DNA of 64,000 bases from Mobula hypostoma (Eukaryota): the NCBI RefSeq assembly GCF_963921235.1, contig NC_086097.1, positions 42,720,001 to 42,784,000 on the forward strand, read 5' to 3'. Below the pieces are notes generated by a model. It had not been told where the DNA came from. It was given only the letters and a program-made list of their open reading frames with translations, and made no database searches. Positions 23,988-37,574 of the stretch are shown here, in pieces; positions within the stretch are counted from its first letter, which is position 1; each line of letters opens with the position of its first letter. Made by a program: the position numbers and the translations under genes.

Positions 23988-26489
23988 ATATGAATGAAGT
24001 CCAATATGATTAAAATATTGGTCTATGTAACTGGCTAAATTAGATATCAGTGTATAAGGGTGGGAGAAAATGATGAACACTTTCCCAATCCAGCCATTAT
24101 CTTTAAAAGGAAAGCCACAACACAATTTAAACTTTTAATGACTGAATTATGTGCAGGCAATGTCAATGGACTCAGGACTCAGCAATGTGAATTCTTTAGG
24201 AGGTTATATGTTGTATAAGTGTGAGCTAGGTCTTGACCAGCAACTTTACTTATGTGCTCAGAGGGATGACTTTATCCAGCAGGATCATTTGACTCTGGGA
24301 TAACAGCCAACACACTCAGTGTTGATAGTGTGGCACACTTCAGGGGCTTGTCAGCATTTCTTGAGAATTTGTATCAAAGCTCTACACACTTCCACAGACT
24401 TAACATGAAATGTTAAGCAATATGGAATTCTGCACTGAGTTGGTAATATAGGGACACAGTAGTGGATTAAAAATGTTGCTTTATTTGTCACGCACACATC
24501 AAAACATACAGTGGAATGAGACATTTGCTGTCAACAACCAGCAAAATCTGAGGGTGAGCTGGGAGCAGCCCACAAGTGCTTCCATGTATGCGTATGATTT
24601 ACTAATCCTTACCTGTACTCCTTTTAGAATGCAGGAGGAAACTGGAGCATTCAGATTAAACCCACACGTCACAGGGAGAACATAAAAAAACTCCTTACTG
24701 TCAGCAGCATGAATTGAACCACACCTTCTGACTGCAGTCACTGTAAAGAATTACATTACTACGCCATGTGGTGTATATATAGGTAACTATAAGTACGAAC
24801 TGTTTATTATTGGTATAATCTATAGAATTCACTATTTACGGACAAAGATATTGCAAACGATTTTTAAATTTGCTTTTGATATTCACAACTACATAGCTAG
24901 GCCCTGCATGCCCATATAATATATAAAGTTTGCCAGGAAGATTTGCTGAATCGGGCAGGCTACTAATTGGAGGAAAATAAACAATAAGATGCTTTATGCA
25001 TTGTCTGATCAGAATTTTAGGGGATAATGAGCTGATAAAAGGGGGTCTGAGCCTGTCCATCTACTGAGGCAACTCACAGCATTACTGAATATCTGTGCTG
25101 TGGAAACAGATAGTGTAATGACCCACAGATAATTAGGCACTCATATGGGCAGATTTATAGGTGGCACATATAGCAGAGTAATTAACATTTGAATGCCAGT
25201 CATATCAGCTCATTCAGCACTATATATTTATGCAAAACTTATCAGTAGCCTGCATCCTATTCCATAATTTCACTCACCAGCACAAGGCAAAGATTAGACA
25301 AAATAATTCAATAATAGTCCCTGCAGTCACACTGCTCCTCAAGAGCAAACTGTTGACTAACAGTGGGGCAGATAACAAATCACTTGTCGAAACTCCCACA
25401 TGAATTGTCAGAGCTTTTGTCCTCAAAAAGTGACAGAAGCAGAGTATTTCACTTTTATTTTTAAGGTAGATGCGGGTATATTCTTGATAACTATCTGAAA
25501 TGGAACACATACCTTGCAATGCCTTGGTTTTCTTGGGAAGAACAGTGATAAGCAACTCTTACACATATTTTCTTTCAAGCAGAACCCTCAAGTTTATTAC
25601 TTACATGTTTGTATTGAAGTCCTCAGGTGGCTAACGGGTAACATGAACAATCCAGTCTCCTCTTTTTCTATGCACTATCCCTATAAATCGCTTTTTGCTT
25701 GTCTTGTCTACTATAGGATAATTTTTGAACTTCCAGATTCTTAGACATTGTGATTGATGAGTTGGGAAGGGCCTAGGTTTAGGGAAATGCTACAAGTTCT
25801 CGTCAGGACCTGAGGCCCTAATTGACAGTTCAGGGCCTAAAAGTTCAATGCACAGCTGGAGAATCTATAAGATGAGAATAAGATCAGTAAGAAGGCCCAG
25901 TGGTACAGATCAGAAGGTTAATGTGGCTGAAATGCCAAATTCATTTATCTGCGAATATTTGATGAAAGCCCTGAAGTACGGTAGGTGCACCAAAAATATT
26001 TTATAGCTTTGTCAATTAACCTTTGGAAGAATATAAAAAAAAGATAATATCTATTACAATAACTTCTAGCTATGTTAGTAGCCAGTTTGTCCAGTATGTA
26101 AGAAATGGGATCAGAAGTAGGCCTTTCGGCTCTTTAAGCCTGCTCCACCTATATCAAGACCACAACTGGTCTTTTATCTCAGTGTTGTTTTCTAGCATTT
26201 TGTGTGATCTGCGTTAGGTAAATAGGTAACCTGTAAAGAAGAAAATCAGTACCTAATTGAGGATCCAAATTGATAGATATATTGATATAAATTGCTGTAC
26301 CCTGTGGCACATCAAGCAAATCAATGATGAGTAAATCTGCAGATGCTGGGAATCCAGAGGAACACACACACACACATTTTGTTCGAAGATTCACTGTTAT
26401 TTTCATACCACCGACTTAATTAAAAGTGTATGTATATTGAATATCTTATTTGCCTTTCAATGTGAATACAAACATACAAATCTGTGAAC

Positions 26490-27200
26490 GTATGAATTAG
26501 GAGCAAAATTTGGGCAACTTGGTCTGTCAAGTTTGCTTCACCATTTAATATGATCTGATTCTAATTCCACATTCCAGTCTTCCCACTGTAACATTTCATC
26601 CTTTACTTATTGAGAATCTGTATATCTCTGATTTTAAATTATTCAAAGATAGTTTGCAATTCCCTTTGCTGAAGAGGATTCTAAAGGCCCACCACCTTCT
26701 AAAAAAAGAAAATTGCACCTCACCCGTCTTAAATGGACAACCCTTTAGTTCTCTCACAAGGGGTAGCATCCTCTCCACTACCAAACCATCACAACCTATC
26801 AGAATTTTACACATTTCAGTCAACACCCCTCTTCTACTCTAAACTTCAGCAGATACAAATCTAGTCTGTCCAACTTTTAATCATCAGACAACCCATCCAT
26901 TCCAGGTGGTAGTCTAGAAAAGCTTTTCTGAATGCTTCCAATGTATAACATATTGTTTGAATTAAGGAGAACGATGCTCAATACCCCAGATGAGGTTGCA
27001 CCAATGTTCTATATAACCAAAGAAAAATCTCCAGAGTTTTATAATCAATTCTCTCAATATAAACAATAATATTTCTTCCTAATTACATGCTATATCCATA
27101 TCTTGTAAATTATGCATGAGGACTCCAAGGCCCCTCTATAACTCAGATCTCTGCAGTCTCTCATCATTGGGATAGTTTGCTATTTTTGGATTTTGCTTGT
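26490..27200 (-). mobile_element. Old CR1 LINE fragment (duplicated at +29845)
   Basis: EMCKILIGCDGLVVERMLPLVRE..KGCPFKT, a degenerate CR1 C-terminus. Confidence 0.65.
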
Positions 27201-28153
27201 CTAAGTAGACAAGTGTGTTTTGAGGTGGGGGCTGGGAAACAACTTTTCCGAAGTAGCAACTATTTCCAATGAACAGACAAAGCTCTATTCACTAGGTTAG
27301 CAATCACAATAAACCACAATAAAGTTGATAAGGATAAAATCTTTAATCAACACCAACATGAGAAAATGAAAGCAGCAGTGCATGTGTTAAAATTACTGTC
27401 AGTAAAGAGATCTAAAAGGTAACAAAGCTGGTGGAGTATGCTTTCTCTATTCTCATAAGAACACTCTCCAGTGAAAATACAAGAAACAAAAACAATTGGC
27501 CAAAGTCACTGCAGTGGATTCAATAAGTCCAATGATAATTGCAATGTAAGATTTTTGACAGCATATTACTTGGTAGGCTCCCCTATGAAATAGAGTTCAT
27601 TTGATTAACACACTGGTCCTGAACTCTATGTTTAATCAAGCTCCTGTCTCTACTCCACTGTAAAGCCTATTCAGTCAGGTTCCTTTCCCTCATTACAAAT
27701 ATCGATGGACATTTCCTCTTATGCTCTAGCTTCTGAAATTCATCCATTATATACTGTCATGAAGCAGAAATTAGATTTGTTATAATAGCCGCACCGTATA
27801 TTTCAGATTCACTGACATGACAAACTGCCCATTTCTCTGCCACATATAGTTGGAAATGTGGGTCTGAGAAGTCAATGACATTTCATTATAAGTACCACAA
27901 CAACCACTGGACTCCTAACTCAGATTACCATCTGTACATTTGTCCCAAAGCTAGAAAAGGAAGCACAATACTTCAGTAATGCAAACACACTTGGCTGATG
28001 AAGGGTCTTGGCTGAAAAGGAGACTGTTTATTCATTTCCGTAGATGATGCCTGACCTACAGAGTTCCTCCACCATTTTGTGTTTATTGCTCTGGATTTCC
28101 AGTATCTGCAGAATCTCTTGTGTTTACATTTAGCTGAATGCAACTTTCTGTGA

Positions 28154-29505
28154 AGACAATAGACAATAGGTGCAGGAATAGGCCATTCGGCCCTTCGAGC
28201 CAGCACCGCCATTCATCGTGATCGTGGCTGATCATCCACAATCAGTATCCAGTTCCTGCCTTATCCCTATAACCTTTGATTCAGCTATCTTTAAGAGCTC
28301 TATCCATCTCTTTCTTGAAAGCATCCAGAGACTTGGCCTCCACAGCCTCCTGGGGCAGAGCATTCCATATATCCACCACTCTCTGGGTGAAAAAGCTTTT
28401 CCTCAACTCCGTTCTAAATAGCCTACCCCTTATTCTTAAACTGTGGCCTCTGGTTCTGGACTCGCCCATCAGCGGGAACATGCTTCCTGCCTCCAACGTG
28501 TCCAATCCCTTAATAATCTTATATGTTTCAATAAGATCCCCTCTCAGCCTTCTAAATTCCATAGTATACAAGCCCAGTTGCTCCAATCTTTCGACATATG
28601 ACAGTCCCGCCATCCCGGGAATTAACCTTGTGAACTTACACTGCACTCCCTCAATAGCAAGAATGTCCTTCCTCAAATTTGGAGACCAAAACTGCACACA
28701 GTACTCCAGGTGTGGTCTCACCAGGGCCCTGTACAGCTGCAGAAGGACCTCTTTGCTCTTATACTCAATTCCCCTTGTTATGAAGGCCAGCATGCCATTA
28801 GCTTTCTTCACTGCCTGCTGTACTTGCATGCTTGCTTTCAGTGACTGATGAACAAGAACACCTAGATCTCGTTGTACTTCCCCTTTTCCTAATTTGACTC
28901 CATTTAGATAATAATCTGCCTTCCTGTTCTTACCACCAAACCTCACATTTATCCACATTAAACTGCATCTGCCATGCATCTGCCCACTCACCCAGCCTGT
29001 CCAAGTCACCCTGCATTCTCATAACATCCTCCTCACATTTCACACTGCCACCCAGCTTTGTGTCATCGGCAAATTTGCTAATGTTACTTTTAATTCCCTC
29101 ATCTAAATCATTAATATATATTGTAAACAGCTGCAGTCCCCGCACTGAACCCTGCAGTACCCCACTAGTCACCGCCTGCCATTTCGAAAGGGACCCGTTA
29201 ATCCCTACTCTTTGTTTTCTGTCAGCCAGCCAATTTTCAATCCATGTCAGTACTCTGCCCCCAATACCATCTGCCCTAATTTTGCCCACTAATCTCCTAT
29301 GTGGGACTTTATCAAAGGCTTTCTGAAAGTCCAGGTACACTACATCCACTGGCTCTCCCTTGTCCATTTTCATAGTTACATCCTCAAAAAAATTCCAGAA
29401 GATTAGTCAAGCATGATTTCTCCTTCTTAAATCCATGCTGACTCGGACCAATCCTGTTACTGCTATCCAGATGTGTAGTAATTTCATCTTTTATAATTGA
29501 CTCCA
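28154..29505 (-). mobile_element. CR1 LINE, 5'-truncated ORF2 (reverse transcriptase), frameshifted
   Basis: DVVYLDFQKAFDKVPH...VTSGVLQGSV...SKFADDTKLGG, then the C-terminal domain LVRPHLEYCVQFWSP...TRGH; (ATTGTCT)n tail. Confidence 0.95.
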
Positions 29506-30989
29506 GAGGCAACTAAATACTTTAGGTGTAATACATTATTGTACGGAGGTCAACTCAGCCTGGAGGCCTTAAATAAAAAGTGGAAGTGCTAGAAATACAC
29601 AGCAGGTCAGGCAGCATCTGTGCGAGAGAAACATGGGCAGTGTTCCGAATCAATGGTCTGCCATCAGAAATAAGAAAAGTTAGAAGTAGACACATCTCAT
29701 ATTGCAGAGAAGGGAAGAGGTGAAAAGAACAAAGAGGATAGAGCGAAGACCAAGTGACACTGAAAGAGGTAACATTAGTGATGCTGGCAGAGAGGAGGTG
29801 ATGAGGGTTTGTCTGGGGAAGGTGTAGACGGAAAGAGAACAGAGAGGAAACAAAAGCACGCTAGAACAGTGAGATACAGACACAGCAGTTGCAGGAAATC
29901 TGAAATTAAGAACATCACTAAAAATGGCCAGGAGATCATGTAGCATTTTGTACTGAGATAAACAAAAATCCAAGTTAACTATATGGGCTGCAAACTCTCA
30001 CAAGAAATGGCTAATTCTGACATGGACTGGAAAGGTTGGTTATCTGAAGTATACTGATCACCATCGAGTTTTGAGGCCTGGAATGTGAAATCAGAAGATG
30101 TGATGCTGTGTCTCAAGCTAAATTTGGACTTTTTTTTTTGGAACAGTGTAAGACTACAGTTCTGATGAAAAGTCGTCAACCTATCAAATGTTAACTGTTT
30201 TTCTCCTTCCATAGATGCTGCCTGACCTGTTGGAAATTTCCATCATTTTTCCTTTATTTTAGATGTACCGCATCTATAGTTTTCTGCTTCTCAGGTTGTA
30301 CGTCAAGATTTCATTTTGGAAAAGAGTGTGAAAGTTTAGAAGAAAAATGTTTACTGCCTTCATTCAAAGAAATTTCCATTAATACCCCATGAGCAAAGAC
30401 CTATATTGGAATAGTTTGTATTATGTTTCCCTCTGGTGGTGACTGACAAGACTAAGTCAATACAGGCAAATGGTCATACATACTGGAGAAACATTACTAG
30501 CTGAGAACAGAAGCACTCTATGCCCTGCAACAATATACAATTCTGCTTACTTAATTTTATATTTTGTTTAAAATTATTTTCTAACTCACCTTAATGGGGA
30601 AGAAAGACATAGAAGCTGGAACTGTATGATTTTCATGTGAAAATCATGCAAAAATAACTGTTTGGAGCTCACTGCATTGCACTAGAGATCCAATATGAGC
30701 CTATTAGTGACCATTAGGAAACTGGGACTTCAAAGATCAATTCATCCTTAGCTCAGCTAACATTGCCCTTCATCCGTCAGAGCGCTTATGGCCCTGTAGT
30801 GAACGCAGCAAACTCACAGTAGGGATTGGTAATTTGGGGGCAAAGAACAACCACCTCTGTTCCCTCACATAAAGTACTACATCACACAGAGGTTGGAAAG
30901 CAAGACCTTGCACACAGCTACAGTTTACAATGTTTCTGAAATACTCCCCTTCACTGTTAGCAGCCTTGTGTTTTGAATGATAAGCCCCT

Positions 30990-31315
30990 GTAGACAGAGA
31001 GTACATTGAGAGGATATTTCCAATATTGGGAGAGTCTAGGACCAGAGGGCACAGTCTCAGAATACAAGGACATCCCTTTAGAACAGAGGTGAGGAGGAGG
31101 AATTTCTTTAGCCAGAGGGTAGTAAATCTGTGGAGTTCATTGCCACTGACAGCTATGGAGTCCAAGTCACTGGGTATATTTAAAGTGAATGTTCATAGGT
31201 TCTTGATTGGTTAGAGTGTCAAAGGAAGGACAATGGGGCTGAGAGGGGAAATAAATCAGCCATGATTGAATAGTGGAACAGACTCAATGGGCAAAATGGC
31301 CTAATTATGGTCTTT
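30990..31315 (+). mobile_element. CR1 LINE 3' fragment (duplicated at +29845)
   Basis: GESRTRGHSLRIQGHPFRTEVRRRNFFSQRVVNLWSSLP. Confidence 0.85.
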
Positions 31316-31795
31316 TAAATGCTGAACTGCACGGGTGCTCAGTTGCACTCAGCTTGTGCAAGCTTCGACTTATTCAGAATGTAGGGATCCACTGGGTCAG
31401 TGCCCAGCTCGGGAATTGTCCAGACACACTGGAGAGGATCATGTCACATTTCCCCACATCTCCATAGGGTCATCCCTGCCACAATAATCCAGTTGTTATG
31501 AGGAGAGATCTTTAAGTCCTGTCTCACTTCCCAGCAGTCAGCACAAGCTCTACACTGAGATCTCAACTAGAGCCCTACATGAATTATTTCACCATATGAG
31601 TGAATGTGTTCAATGCACCACACAACATATTTTTGTCCAGTTCTGCAATCTTTTTGAAGAACATCAAAGTGGTACTGGCCCTAGGCTGAGCACTTCAAAG
31701 AGGAAATCTCTCATTTCTAAGCAACAAGCTTTCAAACCTTACTACTTCTCCCACCCTGGACATTCTTACTTCTCTCCCCTTCTATCAGGTAGAGA

Positions 31796-32244
31796 AGTGG
31801 CTCCCCGTAGCCGTTTGCATGCGACAGCGGCCACTCCCTGGCCAACGGCTTCGACAAGCCGGCTAAACCAGGTGAGGGTAGCCGACGGGTCTCAAACCCT
31901 CGGTGAGATAGGGAGTTGTCTATCCCAGCATGTGAAGACAGACTCCAGCAGATTGAGCGGGCGAGACCAATGGAAGGTCCAACGGTCAAGAAGGCGGTCT
32001 CTGCAAGCGTCATGGAATGTGTAGAGCAGGACAAGACACAGAAGACGTCCTGGTCATCCACTGCTCCTAGTCCCACCTCCAGCCGTCTCGACTCTGTTTT
32101 GCCACTGGATCCAGATGGGAATTGGGAAGAGAGAGTGAGGCTGACGCTGCACAACTCTCCCTCACTTAAATCCAAATCATGCGCTAGTCTCAACACCATC
32201 ATAGTGGTGTCGAGGTCCTCATCGATAACGATGGATGAACACAC
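31796..32244 (+). mobile_element. 449-bp non-autonomous RTE-like element with 12-bp TSD (duplicate at 61641-62089)
   Basis: ATCAGGTAGAGA at 31784-31795 and 32245-32256; splits a Rex1 remnant (HPGHSYFSPLLSGR|DYYRLKSHTT); GGTGAGGGTAGCCGACGGGTCTCAAACCCTCGGTGAG resembles RTE 5'UTRs as I recall them. Confidence 0.75.
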
Positions 32245-33186
32245 ATCAGGTAGAGATTACTATAGATTGAAATCACACACCACAAAGCTCAAGAGCTCTT
32301 ATTCCAATGTATAAAACTCTTAAATGGTCCTCTTGTATGTAAATGTAAACACTTGTCCTCACAAGCTACCGCGTTATGGCCCTGCCACCTAATAATAAAC
32401 ATAATAATAATAAATAGCAATTACCAAACAATTCTAAAACAAAGTGAACCTTAGTAACAGAGGCAAAAAATGTTGAAAAAACACTTCTGAATATGAAAAG
32501 GCTACCAATGCTTAAAATCTGAAATCAAGCCAATAAATGCTGCAAAAATTTGAAAAGCCTGTAAAGTGAAAAGAAAGGTTCAAGTATTTTAGAGCAAGAC
32601 AGGTGTAAGGAGTTTGTACATTCTCCCTGTGACCATGTGGGTTTCCTCTGGGTGCTCCAGCTTCCTTACACCATCCAAAGATGTACCACCTGTTACGTTA
32701 GTTGGTCATCGTAAATTGTCCCATGATTAGGCTAGAATTAAATTAGGAGATTGCTGGGCAATGTGACTCAAAGGGCCGGAAGTGCCTATTCTGCATTGTA
32801 TCTCAATAAATGAATTAGTTGATTAATTAGTAATTAGATTAATTAACTTCATGCCAAAACAGAAAGACCAGTTTATATGGAGGCCCTCTATGGGTGTGTC
32901 TTCTAAAAGTTGACAAAATCTTTTTTACTCTCCCTTAGAGTAAGGAGTCCTGGTGCTGGAGTGGTTTAATTGATATCACAGATACTCAGTCTGAATATCT
33001 ATCTAGAAAAGGTGTTTGACACATAGGTGTTGGGTAGAGCTCCTGCAGCTCTATCGCAGCAATGTGCCCCTATCTTAACTTTCAATGAATAACAACAGGA
33101 ATTCTGCAGATGCTGGAAATTCAAGCAACACACATAAAAGTTGCTGGTGAACGCAGCAGGCCAGGCAGCATCTCTAGGAAGAGGTG

Positions 33187-33224
33187 CAGTCGACGTTTCA
33201 GGCCGAGCCCCTTCATCAGGACTA
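33187..33224 (-). ncRNA. Minimal type I hammerhead ribozyme motif (Penelope-type)
   Basis: Reverse complement TAGTC-CTGATGA-AGG(GGCTCGG)CCT-GAAA-C-GTC-GACTG. Confidence 0.8.
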
Positions 33225-33250
33225 ACTGAAGGAAGAGTGAGTAACTCAGT

Positions 33251-33288
33251 TAGTCCTGACGAAGGGTCTCGGCCTGAAACGTCGACTG
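33251..33288 (+). ncRNA. Minimal type I hammerhead ribozyme motif (Penelope-type)
   Basis: TAGTC-CTGACGA-AGG(GTCTCGG)CCT-GAAA-C-GTC-GACTG: stem I, CUGANGA, stem II, GAAA, GUC triplet. Confidence 0.8.
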
Positions 33289-34424
33289 CACCTCTTCCTA
33301 GAGATGCTGCCTGGCCTGCTGCGTTCACCAGCAATTTCAATGAATAATCCTACATTGCATCAATATGACTTTTATTCCCACCTCCTTTAAAGCTGACTGC
33401 TATTTTTGCAATCAGATTGATTTAAACGTTATAGTAAAAATTACATCATTTGTCATTAGTATTTTTTTTAATTACATAGCCTCATACTCCCGTTAGATAA
33501 GGCAACAAGATGGTTGCTTAGAAACAATTCTAGATAGTAACTGGATATACATCATATCAATTATGTAATTCAATCAGCCATATCTTATTCTAGTCTTATA
33601 AAGGTACTCCTGCTATTTAGGTGTTATGATCATAATACCATCGTGTCACCAGCCTTGAGGAAGCAAGGTCTCTAGATATCTTAAGAATCTGTAACCTGAT
33701 CACACAACCTCAGGCATAACTCTTATTTCACTCACTTGCCTAAGGCAGCACCAATCCTCTGAAAAATCTGTACTTCAAAATATCCAATTTGTAGAAATAT
33801 TTAGTAAAAAATGAAATAAAACAGTAGAATGAATATTTATTAGCCTGAAGCAAAATAATTGCATGAGATTCTTGTCCGAGTGACAAGATTTTCAGAAAAA
33901 AAATTCCACTCTCTCCGCCTGTGCCAAGTGAATCAAGGTAGCATCAAGGTTTAAGCACTCTGCAAAGGTCCAGCTGCGACATTTTATCACTGTTGCTCTC
34001 TGTTCCCAAGTTCCTCATTGGAGCAAATATCTGTCACATTTTCCCTTTTGAATTTTTTTGCCGGATGTTAAGAAACTGAATGTGTGTACATGATCGTTTC
34101 CCTTTAAAAAAAAATCCTCCCTTTGAGTTTCCATCATATTACTGATTCAGGTGTCAATGGTATATAATTGTCCTTTAAAAATTCCCCTTTGTGTTTTTCT
34201 CAAATGATTAATTCTACCTTGCAAAACTATTTAAATTTTAATCATCCAAATGTCATTCTATCAATTACCAAAAACTTTATTTTTCCCCAAAACTGATAAT
34301 TTCATACTAAATTAATCATTTTACTTATAATTGCTTCTTTAATTTATCCTCACTTATATTCACCATTAATTTTAATAAACTTGTTTTAATATTTTAAACT
34401 TACGCTTTACCCATCTTAAAATAA

Positions 34425-34965
34425 GAGGTACCTAATAAAATGGCCACTGAGTGTATGTTCATGATTCTCTACCTCTGTAGCCCATCCACTTCAAGGTTCG
34501 ATGTGTTGTGTATTCAGAGATGCTCTTCTGCGCACCACTGTTGTAACATGTGGTTGGTTTTGTTACTGTTGCCTTCCTGTCAGTTTGAACTTGTCTGGCC
34601 ATTCTCCTCTGACCTTTCTCATTATTAATGAGGCATTTTACCCACAGGACTGCCACTCGCTAGATTTTTTTTGCTGTTTATTGCACCATTCTCTGTAAAA
34701 TCTAGACACGTACATAAAAATCCCAGGAGATCAGAAGTTTCTGAGATACTCAAACCACCCCATCTCGCATCAATAATCATTCCACTGTCAGGCACTCCGA
34801 CCACATTTCTTCCCCATTCTGATGTTTCATCTGAACAACAACTGAACCTTTTGACCACGTCTGCATGCTTTCATGCATTGAGTTGCTGCCACATGATTGG
34901 CTGACTAGATATTTGCATTAACGAGCTGGTGTATAGATGTACCTAATAAAGTTGCTACTGTGTGG
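34425..34965 (-). mobile_element. Tc1-like non-autonomous transposon
   Basis: EKGQRRMARQVQTDRKATVT..TTCYNSGAQKSISEYTTHRTLKWMGY (Tc1 HTH region); repeated CCTAATAAAGTGGCCACTGAGTGTA-like terminal motif. Confidence 0.8.
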
Positions 34966-35659
34966 ATATTTATTGTCCTCCTTCAGGCAATGCAGAAAAT
35001 ACCTTAAGTATGATAATGATTTAATTTATTAAGGGGATATTTATTTGTACTTCTGATTTCTCTGTGCACCCCTTCTCTTCATCTCATATTTGATTTTTCA
35101 GAACATGTGTTTCTCTTGTTTCCATCATTTATTTCAGAGATTCTTATAGTTCCTTTAAATCCATGTCTCCTTTTCCTATGAAAGGTTCACTTTGAAGTTT
35201 GTTAAATATAAAACCTATTACCACTATACATCTCTCTCTATAGATTTAATAATGAATTCTTCCCCTATAGTCATTTATTAATACCCTTCCATTGAAGGGT
35301 TTGAATTAAATTTCCAGCATCATCCACAGTCCTTTCTTTGCAAATATTTACCTTGCCCTTCTTAAAATCATCTTTTGCAATCATACTATTTCCCAATTTG
35401 AGTCCATTATGATGTCTTCTCTCATAGTTCTTTTATTTCTTTTTTGTTGCTTTAAAAATGGTTACATTCACAACTCTTCAATTTTTCATTGCCAGATTTA
35501 CTATTCCTCACGTGGCAACCAAACATTGCACTGAATAAAAAATGTTGTGTGTTTTTACTTCATTGCTGATATTTCTGACATTCCTTTCACACGTAAACCA
35601 CTTGTATTACAAATGAATCAAGTTACAATTCTTCCACAATGCCTTTTCTTAAAGTAGGA

Positions 35660-36430
35660 GGTATGATTAGTAAATTTACACATGACGTGAAAATTGGTGG
35701 TGATGTGAATAGCAAGGTAAGTTGTCCAAGTCTAAAGCAGGATGTTTGCAGGGATAACTTAATCTTGACAATTGCAAGGTGATGCATTTTTTATGCAGTT
35801 TTTACAGGAGTAAGACATAAGAAAGTGAGAGTGCCTAGAAATATTAAAGGACATGAGGTTCAAATCTATAGTTGCTTGAAAGAGGCAGCACAGTGGATAG
35901 AGTAGTGAAAAAGGGCCATTGTGTGCTTGCTTTCATAGTCAGGGTTTGAAGATTAACAGCTAGGATGTTATGATGCAACTTTTCAAAACACTGGTTAGGT
36001 CATATTGCAGTATGGTGTGCAGTTCCAGTTGCCACACGATAGGAAGAACGTGATTACGCTGGGGAGAGTGCAGAGAGGGCTCACCAGGATGTGGCCTGCA
36101 TTGCAGGGCCTCAGTTACAGAGAGACATTGGAGAAGCTGGGGGGAAGGACCTGATAGAAGGATACAAGATTATGAGAGAGACAGATTGGATTGGTAGTGA
36201 AAGTCTTTTTTTTTTCTTGTGAAAGGGGAATCAAAAACAGCACGGTATAAGTTTAAAGCAAGAAGAAAGGAGTTTTAAAGGGGAATTTAAGAGTGAGAAT
36301 TTTCCAGGGATGGAGGAGGTGGTGGAACCTGATGCCATTACTACGTATACCAATGGGATTAGTGGATGTTCAGAAAGGTTTGCATGGATGCAGTGGGCTT
36401 GTTTCTGTGCTGCACAACTCTATGGATTTA
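35660..36430 (+). mobile_element. Old CR1 LINE fragment
   Basis: Degenerate SKF.HD.KIGG and QLFKTLVR..LQYGVQFQLPHDRKNV...RVQRGLTRM. Confidence 0.7.
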
Positions 36431-37077
36431 CCATTTCTGCCAAGAAAAACTATTGGCCATTTCCAATCATCATATCCTCTTAACACAACTAAGAAACACC
36501 AATTTATTTATTTATTGGTATGAAAACATTTATCATTATTTTTTGTGATTTGCATGTTAATTTACATAATTGAAAATTAACACACATGTAATCATTCTGA
36601 AATACTGAAGGTTGCATGTGAATAATTGTGATTGATTGTTTTATTGTATTTCAGACAGTTTTGCCTTTACAACAACAATATTGGACTTCAGAGTAATTAG
36701 CAAGGTGAATCACTGACACAACTTGGAAAAAGATTCTCTAATAATAAGATTTCTCCCAGGCTGCTCACACAAAGATCTTCATTACAGTATCCATCTTTCT
36801 GTAGTCATTTAAGACATGAAAAGTTTTATTCATATTCAACAGAGATAAGAATATTTTGCTGGTGTTATTTTTCTAAAACCAGTATTTTGCAGGTATTCGT
36901 CAGCTTTAAAAAAGTAATGTGAAACAAGTTACAGCTATATTTTAATACAATTGATGGAGTTCCATTCGTGCAATGTAAAATGATGCTATTAGTTTGAACC
37001 TATTTCTCGGTGTACAGTGTGCTACACAGATAAGAGCTAGCTTGATATTTGAAGTAAATTGTACATGTCATTCTCAG

Positions 37078-37127
37078 ATGTTTGCAAAGTGAATGCAGTG
37101 AAACTATGAAACTGGCACTCATCCTGG
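37078..37127 (+). other. Candidate exon with a signal-peptide-like start (MKLALIL, phase-1 donor)
   Basis: TTCTCAG acceptor, ACT-ATG at 37106, G|GTAAGG donor; possible upstream UTR exon 36655-36704. No convincing downstream exons. Confidence 0.2.
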
Positions 37128-37574
37128 GTAAGGATTGAATGCGGTGTCAAAGGAATACGTAGACACATTTCACCTGTGCCTGTGATTGTCAGTAATGCAT
37201 CAAACAGATTGCTTTCCTTATGCTATTCCTGCTGATTCTATAATGCCTTCAGGAAGGTAATCATTGTGAGAGAGAGCTTTTACCAACATGGAAATGGAAA
37301 TGATTGACATTTGGCTGCTCTGAGCAGATCTACAAATTGGGTTCTTCTCGGCTGTTTTCAGTTAGGTTTATACAGTTGCTCAAGATTTAAGGCAGCATTT
37401 GAATCCATGGTGGTAGTCCAATGGTCTGGCTATTCAGTAAGCATTCCTTCAGCATTGATTTAAAATAGAATCAAACTGGCCTTGATGACATTTAGTGGGT
37501 GTATTGTGCTTAACAAGATTTTCATGCATCATGCTAGCAAGCCTGAGGGGCCACAACAGGAACGTACATTTGAT

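Larger units (their letters stand above)
33093..33334. mobile_element. Penelope-derived inverted-repeat insertion with 13-bp TSD (duplicate at 62938-63179)
   Basis: TTTCAATGAATAA at 33080-33092 and 33335-33347; 89-bp arms 33141-33229 and 33246-33334 with 2 mismatches. Confidence 0.9.
24808..34155 (+). repeat. Segmental duplication, copy 1
   Basis: All ORFs from 24836 to 33347 recur with identical translation at +29845; both ends checked base by base. Confidence 0.97.

Noticed and set aside
25274..25700. Minus-strand two-exon ORF with GTAAGT/GTGAGT donors inside the duplicated block
   Set aside because: The peptide has no recognisable family or composition; splice signals alone are insufficient.
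31596..32314. Overlapping 132-170 aa ORFs
   Set aside because: They span a GC-rich non-autonomous insertion with a TSD and a Rex1 remnant, so they are chance ORFs.
32999..33347. Mirror ORFs on both strands (LVNAAGQAASLGRGAVDVSGR)
   Set aside because: Artefact of the inverted repeat.
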